A stretch of DNA of 63,006 bases, filler included, from Rhabdomonas costata (lineage: Eukaryota), in assembly GCA_019059605.1 (NCBI GenBank). It is 32 parts of 32 records of this genome, joined end to end, with 100 filler letters (N's around TTAATTAATTAA, not from the genome) between each part and the next. Parts side by side here need not be neighbours in the genome. Positions count along the whole stretch, not along the records: positions 49,310 to 51,180 come from JAHMHO010007928.1; positions 51,281 to 53,152 come from JAHMHO010007929.1; positions 53,253 to 55,124 come from JAHMHO010007930.1; positions 55,225 to 57,092 come from JAHMHO010007931.1; positions 57,193 to 59,064 come from JAHMHO010007932.1; positions 59,165 to 61,035 come from JAHMHO010007933.1; positions 61,136 to 63,006 come from JAHMHO010007934.1; 25 more parts are not named here. One strand, 5' to 3'. A program made the translations under genes and the position numbers. The notes under the pieces were generated by a model. The model saw only the letters and a program-made list of their open reading frames with translations. It had not been told where the DNA came from and searched no databases. Positions 49,900-61,533 of this stretch are shown in pieces (position 1 is the stretch's first letter; the number at the start of each line of letters is the position of its first letter).

Positions 49900-50420
49900 G
49901 ATTCGTTGTTCTCTTGCGTGGGGAGCGGCACTCCCTGCTCGCTCACGGTGTTGGCCTCGTCCCTCGAAAAGAGCGAGTCCGGCATGTATCTGTGCACAGG
50001 AAGCGATATGCCAAAAAACAAAGTCGGACAATGAAGTCAGTGTTGAAAAGGGATCTGTGGTCAAAGATCTCGCCCAGGAGACCGTTTCGTTCATGGACTT
50101 TGTGCCAAAGACCCTGTCGCTGTGGATTTTTCTGGGGGCCGAGAGCACGAAGCGTCGAGAAAGCGGTCCTCTCGGCAAACGGGCGGGCTGGGGGTTTCAG
50201 CCTTTCGCCTTCGAGACTGTCGGCTCCTTTGGTGGGAGCGCACGCTTCCTGTGCCAACGCCTGACCCATGCATGGTAAATGCACCAAGGCAGGAAGCAGG
50301 ACATGCGCGCTCTCGGTTGTGCCGTCCTCCGCGCTGTGGCACGCCAGCTGGAGAGGGGATTCCCGTCTGAGGCGGGCAACCACACACCAGCCTAGAATAT
50401 TTAGAGCCTAATAAAGGGTA
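49900..50420 (+). mobile_element. 3' remnant of a non-LTR retrotransposon with a restriction-like endonuclease (CRE-like)
   Basis: AESTKRR...GWGFQPFAFETVGSFGGSARFLCQRL...AVLRAVARQL matches the RLE C-terminal motif; contains a stop; AATAAA near 50411. Confidence 0.72.
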
Positions 50421-52092
50421 GCTCATCAGGACAACCTCTGCACCCCAGACCCCCCCCCCCTCCAATGCTCACCAGCGGGCCAGGGACAGGAGTTGACCGA
50501 ATGGTTCTCTCAAACTCTCGCCTTCTCTTTTCGTCACTGTCACTGCCGGGGGACAGGGGAGTCGAGCAAGAGGAAAAAGTGACCGACCACCTTGGGCGGG
50601 TTCCCCTATACCTTCTTCGCGTTCGGAAGTTTCCTGCATTCTTGCAGTGTTTGCAAGCAGAGATAGAGACCGCCATGGGCGGGCTCCCCCCCTTCCTTGT
50701 TTGTGCTTGTGTTCACCATGGTTCATCCCAGCTCGCAGTGATTAGGGCCGGGGGTGCGACGATCCAAGCGAGCTTGAAAAAAGAAGCCCTCAATAAAAAA
50801 GGACCAATATTCCCGATACCCCATTTGTATACTTTAACCTCTACGCACAGTGGTTTAAGAAAAGCTAGAATGCAGCAGTGGAGCAGTAGTTCAGGGGTGA
50901 ACCCAGGCAGGGAAGATGAAAGTGTGTTCTCCCCGATCCGAGATCACCTCGTGCAACGCAGGCTGGGGGAAAAGCTCGACAACGCCTCTTCCAACAATGG
51001 TATAATGGTATGTGCCAAAAGTTTATTCCCGATTCTCCTAGGACTCCGCAACTGACAATGACAGCTGTTTGTTTAACAATTACCCCCTAAGGTCATTCTC
51101 CACCTCCGGATCCTTCCCAACCAACGCCCAGAGAAACACCCACAGTCGTTAACACCCCAGCCTGCAACACACACAGATGCNNNNNNNNNNNNNNNNNNNN
51201 NNNNNNNNNNNNNNNNNNNNNNNNTTAATTAATTAANNNNNNNNNNNNNNNNNNNNNNNNNNNNNNNNNNNNNNNNNNNNTTGTGTGGTGGATAGCGGTC
51301 CTGGTTGTGCGGTTAAATAAAGACCAGATCCTGTGGTGAATGAGGGGAAATCTTCAGATTGTAAAATGGGAAACACCGAGAAAGTCCAAAACGGAAGAAA
51401 ACTGTAGCGGTTCAATAACAAACTGCTAAAAGATAGATAAAAAGGGACAGAATGAGAAATATCGTATGCAAAGCGTGAATGATGCTCCAGTAAAAAAAAG
51501 TGGGAAGGATGGGAAGCGGCGGGAGATTGGCCCAGCCAATAATTAGCACGTTCCGGTGCGGTTGAGTCTGAACTGTAGGGTTCAGTGACACAAAGCGCAG
51601 AAGCAAACCTGCGAGGGTAAAACAAACACAAGGGGGGAAGTGGAAGCGGGAGGAGTGCTATAGGGTGTCTTATGAAATTCTCCCTCCTGCCGTGAAGTGT
51701 GTCAGGGCACCTTTTAGCCCTGGACCCAAAATTATACCAAATGGTACTTGATTTGCCGGAAGATGAGCCCAGTGGTGAGAAGAGCGGTGCAGGGTTTTTT
51801 CGGCTCAGTTTTTGATGTTTTTCAGTTTTTTTATCGTTGGAACGATTTGACATGGAAAAACTCTGCTCCTTCGTATCCGCACTAATCCATTCCCGTATAA
51901 ACACACAAACTGCGGCGGTGTCCGCAGGAAACTCCCCTGGCGAGCATGGTAATAACCTTCTCAGTGCTTTCCAGTTGGTGCTTGTTTCTTATTCCTCAGT
52001 TTTGCCTTAGTTTTCTAGTTTTCTACCAGCCACGTAGCCTTTCTTTTATCTTTTCTTTTCAATGTATCGTGCCGCCCCACTCACTCCTGAAG

Positions 52093-53152
52093 CCGCCATC
52101 ATCTCTCCCCGGGCCTGTTCCTCGAGGCGGTCCATCTCCACCGTTGGAGTGTCACCCCTGAACAAGCCCTCGCGGTGCCGGGAATCTGTGAAGCGTCTTG
52201 CGTCGATCCGGGTGCTGCTGTTCGTGGCCTTTCTGCTGCTGATGACGCTGAGCGGGTTCCTGGGGTACTACCTGACCTACCTGCAGGGCCAGAAGTCGCT
52301 TCAGGACATGGCGCAGCTGAGCATGTCGGAGGCGGCCGGGCGGGTGGACGTCCTTGTGCGGAGCAAGGTCAACCTTGGTCACCAGCTGAACCTGATGGGT
52401 TTGTGTGCGTTTTGTGTGTAAATGGGTGATGGAAGCATTAAATTCTTGTCCGGGCTGAAACACGTTTCATTTTTCGGGGTGTTTTTTGTATTTTGCGCCT
52501 TTTCGCATGTCTCTATGGCTGTTTACACGTGATCTCACGATCCTCACTTCTTCTCAAATGTTCCTTCTTTTGCTGCCCTAATTCCATGAGGGGCTCCACC
52601 CCCAAATTTTGGCTCCTTGAGCGTCCTCGTCCTCAAATTCCAGGTCTCCTCCTCACTAACCAACGCTTCACAGTCCCCACCCCCCAATCGAGTTGCCCTC
52701 AGAGTTTCGACCCTGTGAGCATGACGTAGCAGGGATTGTATCTTCACAGTTAAACTCAACATTGATCCCCTTTTGGCTTTTATTGTTTTCACTGTCACAG
52801 AGAGCAATACCTTCTTCCATAAGAAAGTCACCATGAACAACTTCGTTGTGGCCTACTACGAGTGGCTGCCGTTTACCACGGAGGCTCTGCTGAGCGTGCC
52901 AGACACCTTCACATCTTCTTTACTGGCTTGGGAACCGAACAGCGCTATGGCTGTCAGTCCTCTTGCACCCTGGCTCGCAGCGATAGATTTCAACAAAACG
53001 GTCTGCAATGACACTGTCCACTTTCCCGGAAGCAATTGCTCGGTTTTCGGCGAAGAGCTCTACCCCCTGGACAGCAGCTACAAGCCGATATGGAACTCTC
53101 CCATCTTCTTTAATACGCCCTATAACCAAAACCACCAAACACACCCACCACA
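52093..53152 (+). CDS. Membrane sensor protein: TM helix plus extracellular Cache-like domain (receptor cyclase/kinase type), partial
   Basis: SIRVLLFVAFLLLMTLSGFLGYYLTYLQGQKSLQDMAQLSMSEAAGRV..., then an exon from ~52801 with several N-x-S/T sites. Confidence 0.6.
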
Positions 53153-54890
53153 NNNNNNNNNNNNNNNNNNNNNNNNNNNNNNNNNNNNNNNNNNNNTTAA
53201 TTAATTAANNNNNNNNNNNNNNNNNNNNNNNNNNNNNNNNNNNNNNNNNNNNGGGTTGGTGGGTGTGTTTGGTCGGGGTTGTACTCTGCCGTCGTCAACC
53301 TGAATCAGTTGTGGTCAGTCAACCAGAACCTGACCAATACGTGCGATTTCGGGCAGCGGGTGGCGTCCACTCAACTCAAACAATCTAACGTAGAAGGGAA
53401 TCACAAAAGTTGCAACAAAAAACCACATTATTAACGATTTGCACAAAGCGTTTCATGGCCACTAGATCAGTCGTTCGTGTGATTTCCCCCGGCATCGAAT
53501 CTGGCCTGAACCTAGCCTGGACCACAAACAGTAACATTTCCTATGCACAGGCATAGGAACCACTGAACGAACCCGAGCTTCCTTCCCGCACGCTCACCAT
53601 CGACGTCGCCAAGAAGCGTCGCCACGCGTAAGCTGGGTCACAGGGAACTGGCGCCTCCCATAGCTGCCGAGCCTTCTCTTGACGGTCCTCCACCTTGTGC
53701 TTTCCCGTGAACTGAGGCGAAAAGGCCCTGAAACCCGGCAGGCCCCTTCTCCCGCAACCTCAAAAGGCACTTCGCCGTCCACTGCGCACGTTTTGCCTGA
53801 GGGTGTAGATCTCTCTTTCCTAATTTCTGGCTCTCGCAGCAACCACTCTGCCAACAAACCGGTCATCTCCTGGCCGAACTTGCGTCTCCTTTGGTCGGCG
53901 TGGGCTTCAGATCCAATTTCGCCTTCTCTTTCATTTGCACAGGAGCCTCAATGCCGGGAGGCTCCTGGTGTGGAGTGAGATGGGGGGCACATTTGGGTGG
54001 CAAGGGAAACACACTGAACGACCTGGCCGAAGCGTTGCCATCTACCCGTTGTAAACGGGGGTTGCCAGGTTCCCCCAGTAGTAGACTGTTAATCTTCGAA
54101 TAAATACACCCCCCCTCCGTTTATAAAGATATATATAGACCCCTGTGGTGTTAAACGCACGCCTTCCTCGCACGAACGAACACCGTCAGTGTAGAAGCCG
54201 TTGCCATCCACGCACCCCTAAAACCATTCAACTCGCTGATTCCGACCCTTCCGCTACGGTGATTCTTTCTCTTTTTGTCGGGATACGTCGCGTTAGGTGA
54301 CTTAGTACATAGAGCCCGCTATTCAGGAAAAAAGCACCTGAATTAATGCCCAACATAATTTCAAACGGAACCAAACCCTTGATTCACCTTTAGTTAAGAA
54401 TTAAATTGAGAACAAAAAACCAATACTGCTGTAAGAAAGTGACACTCACGCAGCTTCAAACTGTATTAAAATGCCCTCAGATGATCGAAAAAGGTTTTTC
54501 AGCTGTTGAATAATAATTTGGTGATCAGTCATTTTTTCATAATTTGAATCCGAAATGTTTACACCACACATTCGCAAGTTTCAATCCAAACCCAGTATGT
54601 TAAAATTCAACAAGCAAGTGCTGCTAAGCTCACCGACCGGTCGGGATTCGGTGCTTGCTCCATATCGTTTCTGTAATTGCGCTGCAAGTGCTGAGCCCGC
54701 TGGCTTCCAGCGGCAGGCGGGGGGTGTCCTTGACAGCTGGTGACATCGGAAGCCCACTTCGCCGACAGATTCAGCTTCGCCTCCAGGGGAAGTCCCAAGT
54801 GCTGTCGAAGCAGCAAGCGGAATCCGACTGCGCCAAAAGTCAGATCCAGCGCGGCGCAGGGGATAAGATTAGCCACACAGCTGCGTGTGA

Positions 54891-54892
54891 CT

Positions 54893-54930
<38 letters not shown>

Positions 54931-54931
54931 C
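54891..54931. repeat. (CT)n(CG)n compound microsatellite
   Basis: Direct read. Confidence 0.9.
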
Positions 54932-55654
54932 CGAGGAGGCAAACGGTGTCCCGGCGGCTCAAAAACCCGTGGGCGTCGGTAATGTAGAGAATGTCCACTC
55001 AGGATTTCTGCTGGAGCCAGCCCTCCTTTTCCAGAGTGGCCGTGGGCGAAATCGCCTTCTTGAATCCACTGGGTCAAAATGCCTCCCGATGTCCCCGCGT
55101 GATTCTGGAAGTGCCCCAAACCCCNNNNNNNNNNNNNNNNNNNNNNNNNNNNNNNNNNNNNNNNNNNNTTAATTAATTAANNNNNNNNNNNNNNNNNNNN
55201 NNNNNNNNNNNNNNNNNNNNNNNNTTTTTTTTTTTGGAGGGCTGTGCCCTCTTTTTTTGGAAGGCTAGGGCCTCTTTTTTGGGGTTATTTACGTTTTTTC
55301 CTGCGCCACGTTCCGATCCGCAACCGCTTTTGCGAGGCAAACAATCTCACACCTGGTGTCAGTTCCACCGGTGTGGAGTGCCCATCCACATGTGCTTCCC
55401 ACTTTCCATGCTTTTCCGTGCTCGGTCACCAACTGACATACCAGGTATTTTGCTTTCTCAACTCGCAGACCGGGTGTTATAATCCAGCAAGCCCCTGGAC
55501 GGTTCGGGTTCGAGCGTCCTCTTGTCTTACCGCTTGGGGATCTGTTCCATACCGCTTGGCCAGCGAGACCACGTTGAACAGACAACACTTTCCGGTGGGT
55601 TCCGGACGTACGGGCTCCTGAGCGAGATGCCCAGGTTGTTCCCCTCCGCGTCCC

Positions 55655-55875
55655 AATCCCAAGCTCGCGTCATACGGATGCTGCGTAAGGCGCAAGAAAC
55701 TCGGGTCCAGCAGAGTTTCTTGCGCCTTACGAAGCATCCGAAAGACGCCTGTTGCCTTCGAGGTTCTGGTGGGAATTTGTCCGGGTGGCATTCCAGAGCC
55801 AGGCTACCCTTATTGCTGTTGACGAGGCCTTATCATCAATCCCAGCGCTTCATAGAAGGACTTCTCCACTTCCAT
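55655..55875 (-). pseudogene. Frameshifted DnaJ J-domain
   Basis: Across frameshifts: SFYEALG / DDKASSTAIR / LALECHPDKF / KATGVFRMLRKAQETLLDP...YDASL; no introns. Confidence 0.8.
55675..55740. repeat. 28-bp hairpin (1 mismatch, 10-nt loop) inside the J-domain remnant
   Basis: CGGATGCTGCGTAAGGCGCAAGAAACTC pairs with GAGTTTCTTGCGCCTTACGAAGCATCCG. Confidence 0.95.
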
Positions 55876-57738
55876 CCACAAAAGTTTGCGCCTATCCTGC
55901 TGCCGCGCTTCCGCATTCCAACATAACAATTTGTGTGCATTCTGACACAGCTTTAGTTCTGCGAGTTCTCCTCTCCACAGTCAGGAATACTGGTGTTAAT
56001 TCGCAATTACCTCAACTGCTCACGATTGTCTCTGCCCGTAATGATTACCTTTATGAATCAAAATTCAAGATACCGCCGCGCCCCAAATCAACCAATGTAA
56101 ATGGGAAGCGGATGCTCGAGTTATGCTCGAGTTTTCCTCCATCTTTGTGACCTGTTAACAAGCCAACCAACAAGCTACCACCATGCACTGTTCGTCTCCC
56201 TTTCCCAGATGTGCCAAACCTGGCTCACTCCTTTCCGACCTTAGCAGATCTCTCACAGACCTGCTGTGAATGTTTGGACCGAAGTGGCGTTTTCCCTCTG
56301 CCACTGCCGCTGCCGCGCAAACTCGTCGACTGTCCTGGGCTTTCCTCTTCGGGTTGTCGTAAGTTCTCTAATCTTTCTGCCCTTGTAGTTTCTTCATTCC
56401 TCCTTCCCTTTCCCCTGACCACTGTGTGGTCCCACTCTGTTTCCTCAGTATCCCGTGGGGGAGACCTCGTTGCGGCTGTGGCTGCGGGCGCAGGCCCAGC
56501 TTGCCCAGCTGGGCGCCCTGCCCACGCCACCCCCAGAGAGGCTGAAGGAGCTTCTCAAGGCCCGGGCTGCGGCACTTCGCCCACAGGTGTGACGCATACC
56601 GGACCTCAGTGGTGGGTCGGCCTGTGAACTCCGCCTTATTTTTGGGAGTTACGGTGCTGTATGGTTGGTGGTCTCGGGTATCGGATCGGAGTGCCTGAAG
56701 ATCCGACTAGTCGATGTAAGTGAAGGATTTATCTCGAAGATGACCAAAACCAGATGCTGAGAATACACATGCCAAAAACTCTTCAGCAAAACAACGGCCT
56801 GTCCAAAATTTTCGCTATCGCTACAGTTGCCCAACCTACCCAAAGGCTAAGAAGCAGTAAGGGCGCCTCAAGGAGCTGGGCGAGCCAATGGACAAACTGG
56901 CCCCGGAGGAGGAAATCGCTCTTGCTGCGTAACCCCATACTTTACCTCGTGCACTACCCCTCTGGTCAGTTCATTGTCTCCGCTCTGTCTTTCATTCTCC
57001 TTGGAGAATGCTGTCTCTTTCTCTCTTTCCAACTCAATCGACAACTTCGACGCAGCCCCCAAGCCCCCACAAACGAGAATATACAACCACAANNNNNNNN
57101 NNNNNNNNNNNNNNNNNNNNNNNNNNNNNNNNNNNNTTAATTAATTAANNNNNNNNNNNNNNNNNNNNNNNNNNNNNNNNNNNNNNNNNNNNGTGTGTTG
57201 GTGACCCTTCTTGCCGAATCCTTCCAATACATCCGCTGGAATTGCTGGCGAACGAAAGGACGCCCATGAGGACAGCAGTTCTCGGCCTGCAGGAGGCCCA
57301 ACAGACGCACTAGCGCACTAGCGCGAGCGGCGAGGAGTAAATAGTTTTCCCATGATTTATTGAAGGACGCTGTTTCAATGATGTGGTGGTTCAGGCCATT
57401 GCTTTCCTCGCTACGTTTTGGGGAAAGAAAAGAGGGCTGAGATTTCATTTTTGGGAAACTGTGAAAGCAAAAAGAACCTCTTTGGGTTGGCATCGGCTTT
57501 TATTTGGGAAATGTGGTTGGAAAAACGCTAAAGTGGGGGAGAATAGTCTTCTGCTTTTTCGGGCACATTTTTTCTGGCTGTCGGCTGTGAGTGCAAGAGT
57601 ATTTGGATTGCTGCGTGCGAAAGCTTCCTGCTTTTACTCGTTCACTATCAGCGTGTTTCATTCTTTTTCTCATCTGCCCCCAGCCCCACTCTCATGTCTC
57701 CTTCACTATCTTGAAAACCCTGAAAGAGGACCACACAG

Positions 57739-59013
57739 ATGATAACCTCGACCATCTCCGCCGTAGTTGCGGAGGTTGTTTCGAGCTATGCCTGCCCCAC
57801 AACAGAGGAGGACGCTTCGTACACTGTGAAGGGCATCGTGGAGCGCTCTCTGGACGAGGTTGTGGAGCGGATCACGGACGCCGAGAAGATGTCGCGGCAG
57901 CTGCACGACGGCATTGACGCCACCATTATCGGAGGGCTGAAGATGGATTGCCTGGACATCCTTTACAGGTGTGTGGCGCTGCCTCTCGAGGGACGGTTTG
58001 CCGCAGGGAAGGATTGCAAAACTTGGTTTGAACCCACCAGCTCGCCTTTCGTGTTCAACATGTTAAAATTCGCGCCGGCGTCATGGAGGGTGTCGGTTCC
58101 GGAAGGTGTCGGTTCCGACAAGCGTCATTGTGAAAAGAAAATATGAAGAAGTGCATAAATGGGCCGAAAATTGGAAAATTGGAAGCTATGCTTTGCTATT
58201 TGCTACTTTTCATGTAATCTATTGAATTGCTTCTATCTTCAATTGTTCTCTGGTGGTTTTAACTTCAAATGGAAATCCAAAAAGACTTCTTGGGGAGATT
58301 CCGGACGTTGATGTGGACGTTGCGGGATATGGAGTGACTTCCGACGTGGAGAAGCTGAAGGAACAGATCTCCATGCTGAAGCAGAAGCTGATGGACTACA
58401 AGGGCATCATTGTCGAGAGGGACACAATGATTGACCTGCTCCGAGGCAAGCTCTTGCGCCGCGAAAAGGCCATCTCGTATGTTGATTGCGGGGGGATGCG
58501 TTTGGTGTGTGTCTGCAAAACTTCGTGAGACAGGTGCAAGCTCGTTGCCTGCGTGGCGGCAAGAAGTTTTTCGCGCTCTTGGGATTTATAATGCACTGAG
58601 CATTCCGCGAACCCATCATTGGGGTGGCGTCTCCCTCCGGGTTTTCTTTTTACTTAGCATTCGATTTTGGTGTGAGCAGGCGGCTCCCTTTGTTTGGCAC
58701 CTCGTCTGCCCGGGCATGCCCTTGGTCAAGTCTATCTGTTAATTACTGAATACTCTACCCTTGGTCAAGTCTATCTGTTAATTACTGATTACTGAAGCTC
58801 AAAAACCTTCGGTAATCAATCGATGTCAGGGCTCCCTGTGTCCCTCACCCTGCCCCCACCCCAACCAAAATACAGTTATGTCAGGGAGAACCTCTATCGC
58901 GAGGTCTGTTTGCTTCGGGAGCGACTGCTGTCTGGGATCCCCGGCGATGTTCCAGGCGCCCCGCAGGAGCTGGAATTGTTCTCGATCATGGACTTTCTGA
59001 AGATCGCCGATTT
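57739..59013 (+). CDS. Coiled-coil protein, three in-frame exons
   Basis: 57739-57968 (...CLDILYR), ~58285-58476 (LLGEIPD...KLKEQISMLKQKL...KAIS) and ~58875-59013 (YVRENLYREVCLLRERL), GT-AG, phases compatible. Confidence 0.75.
58719..58788. repeat. 31-bp direct repeat x2 in an intron
   Basis: CCCTTGGTCAAGTCTATCTGTTAATTACTGA at 58719 and 58758. Confidence 0.9.
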
Positions 59014-59164
59014 GGTCCCTCTCTCCACGTGCTCACATGCAAATGCGCACGCTTACACAAAACANNNNNNNNNNNNNNNNNNNNNNNNNNNNNNNNNNNN
59101 NNNNNNNNTTAATTAATTAANNNNNNNNNNNNNNNNNNNNNNNNNNNNNNNNNNNNNNNNNNNN

Positions 59165-59471
59165 TGTTCATAACACCTGATGGAACATTAGCATGTCTTG
59201 AGAACTTCCCCTATTCCCCTCGACCAGGTGGGGAGCACTCTTCAGACCAGAGGTACTGGTATCCCGACAACAGCGATGTCCAGTACCACATCAGAAGTGT
59301 GCTGCTGAATGGGCGATACCAATTCGAGAGATCGTACACAATTGTATAAAGACAGACTGTTCGGCGTCCCGCGCTTTGGCGTGTTCATAACACCTGATGG
59401 AACATTAGCATGTCTTGAGAACTTCCCCTATTCCCCTCGACCAGGTGGGGAGCACTCTTCAGACCAGAGGT
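59165..59471. repeat. ~89-bp exact direct repeat (59165-59253 and 59382-59471) covering an HPRT splice donor
   Basis: TGTTCATAACACCTGATGG...CTTCAGACCAGAGGT occurs twice. Confidence 0.92.
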
Positions 59472-60969
59472 GGTGCCCTTGCCATAGCTGGAGAGGATCA
59501 TGAAGTCCACGGTGTGCTCCACAGTGAGCGCCTTGGTGAGCTCCGCCATGAAGGTGTACGCCCCCTTCAGCACCCCGATCACCACCAGGCCCCCCTTCGG
59601 TGGCAGCCCGGCGTAGTACGTGGATATCTCGCGGGCGAGCTCCTTGCACCGCGCCGTGACAAGCATCTCGGGAACCAAAATGCGCTGAGTTGAGTGGGAG
59701 CAGGGAGGTGAGCTGAGGACAGGGACTGGAGAGGGGGGCATTCGGAGGGCAGATGTGGAGGGGGTGCTGAAATTTACCTGCCCGGAAAACTGGAATAGAC
59801 CCATCAAATAGAAATAGGAGGCCGCCACACCCTTACAGCAAAGACTATACCACTGTGTTTACTGTGTTTTGCGGAGAGCAGCCGTATGCCTCAAATATGC
59901 AAAACTACCGATCTACCGATCTTGCCAAGAGGATAACTGCGCGGCAAACAATCAATGAAAGTCATCAGTGCCAAGATCAACCGAGACGTAAAAAGCTCCC
60001 CGGATGCTTACCGAGAGGTTGGGATAGTAAGGCACCGCCGCATCCGTGGGCGCATTGGATCTTGTCCACTTCGCCAGCGCCTCCACGGCTTCACTGGGAA
60101 CGTCAAAGCCTAGCTGCTTGGGCGGGAGTACAGGCGATTCTGCAGACAACGGGAGCGAACAGGAAAACCACACGAAACATCATCAGCAGTGGCCGCAGCG
60201 ACAGCAGCGGCCGTGATGACCGGGTTCGCTCGACGCTGACTCTTTACAACTATGACCTCAACTGTACTTACTATGTCTCAGCGAGAAAAGGAAAGGTGCC
60301 TTCCACCAATATCCGTTCCATACGGGGGTTACAATCTGCCGCTCGCAAGCTAACGCGCGAAAAATCCAGGACAGGGTTGGGTAGAGGTGCCTCCCCCGCG
60401 GTCCCTCCCGAAGCGAAGATAGGAGAGGAGAGGAGAGGAGAGGAGAGAAGGGAACAATAAACAGGCAAACAGCCAATGAAGATACCGAAAGCGAAATCCT
60501 TAAGGAATAAAAGCGACAAAGTAGACACCTTGTGTGACAGGTTCAGGCTTGACACGGGGCTGAATCGCGGGCAGCAAGACTGCTGCGGGAGCTGCGGGGT
60601 CGCATCCGCAATCGCAGCCGCTGCCTGGGGTCCGCCCCTGCTTTCGACCTGCGCGGTGTAATAGGGGCTGAGGGAGCAGAGCCAGCAGCTAGCGCCAGCA
60701 GGCCGCCGTAGAATCAAAAGATGTACCGGTTTTACAACCAAGCGTCAAGCATGCCAAGAAAATCCTACGATCACAACAAAAGCAAACACACAGACACCAG
60801 AGCTTCGTATGCCCGCAGGGGGCCTCGGGGTGAGCTGAGGTCCCGGGGGGACGGGGTAGTACTTCCCGCGGTGATCGTCCCTGTGGCGGTCGCAGTGGGA
60901 GCACCAGTTGGCCCCGGGGCCCTCTTTGCGCTTTGGAAAGAAGCCTGGGCAGGTGGGCGCCGTAGCCAT
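59465..60969 (-). CDS. HPRT: Hypoxanthine-guanine phosphoribosyltransferase with a long N-terminal extension, 5' four exons
   Basis: Exons 60969-60798, 60648-60529, 60139-60012 and 59684-59465 are phase-compatible GT-AG; core RILVPE...RCKELAREISTYY...LVVIGVLKGAYTFMAELTKAL...VDFMILSSYG. Confidence 0.9.
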
Positions 60970-61533
60970 CAAAAGAACACAGCAGAGAAAAAAAAGGGAG
61001 CAGGCACGGCAACGCTGGCACAAAAAAAAAGCAAANNNNNNNNNNNNNNNNNNNNNNNNNNNNNNNNNNNNNNNNNNNNTTAATTAATTAANNNNNNNNN
61101 NNNNNNNNNNNNNNNNNNNNNNNNNNNNNNNNNNNTCAAATTCGTAACAAAAGGCACTGCAATGCGGATGGGGGAGCAGCACAGAAAGGTAATCTCTACA
61201 GTCGAAGCACAAAGATTCGTCACAGACTCGTGAGCAAGCTTCTCATGTGCCCAGAGAGAACCATCATATGTGCTCATTCTCCGGCTGCGAGTCTCCAGCA
61301 GAGAGCAGTACCATGAAAGAAGCACGCAAAAAATTGTTTCTGAGAAGGCACCGATGACTGTGACTGCTTGTGCTGCCACACCTGAAGCAACTAATTCATT
61401 TGGCGAAGAGAGGCCGTTGCAGCGCTGGGCGAATGCAACGGCAAATGCAGAGAATGCCGCGTGTACACTTCGTTCGATCGTATCTGCAGCATCGCCTCGC
61501 ACCGGTTCGCCGTGCTGTGGTAATCGTCCTTCC

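Noticed and set aside
17596-55712. Similar loop sequences (TGCTG.A.CC) in the two long hairpins, suggesting a hairpin family
   Set aside because: The second loop is simply the LLDP codons of a J-domain; arms and flanks are unrelated
1875-61135. Regularly spaced TTAATTAATTAA motif resembling a repeat-spacer or CRISPR-like array
   Set aside because: Embedded in N runs with a fixed 100-nt length; it is an artificial six-frame-stop linker
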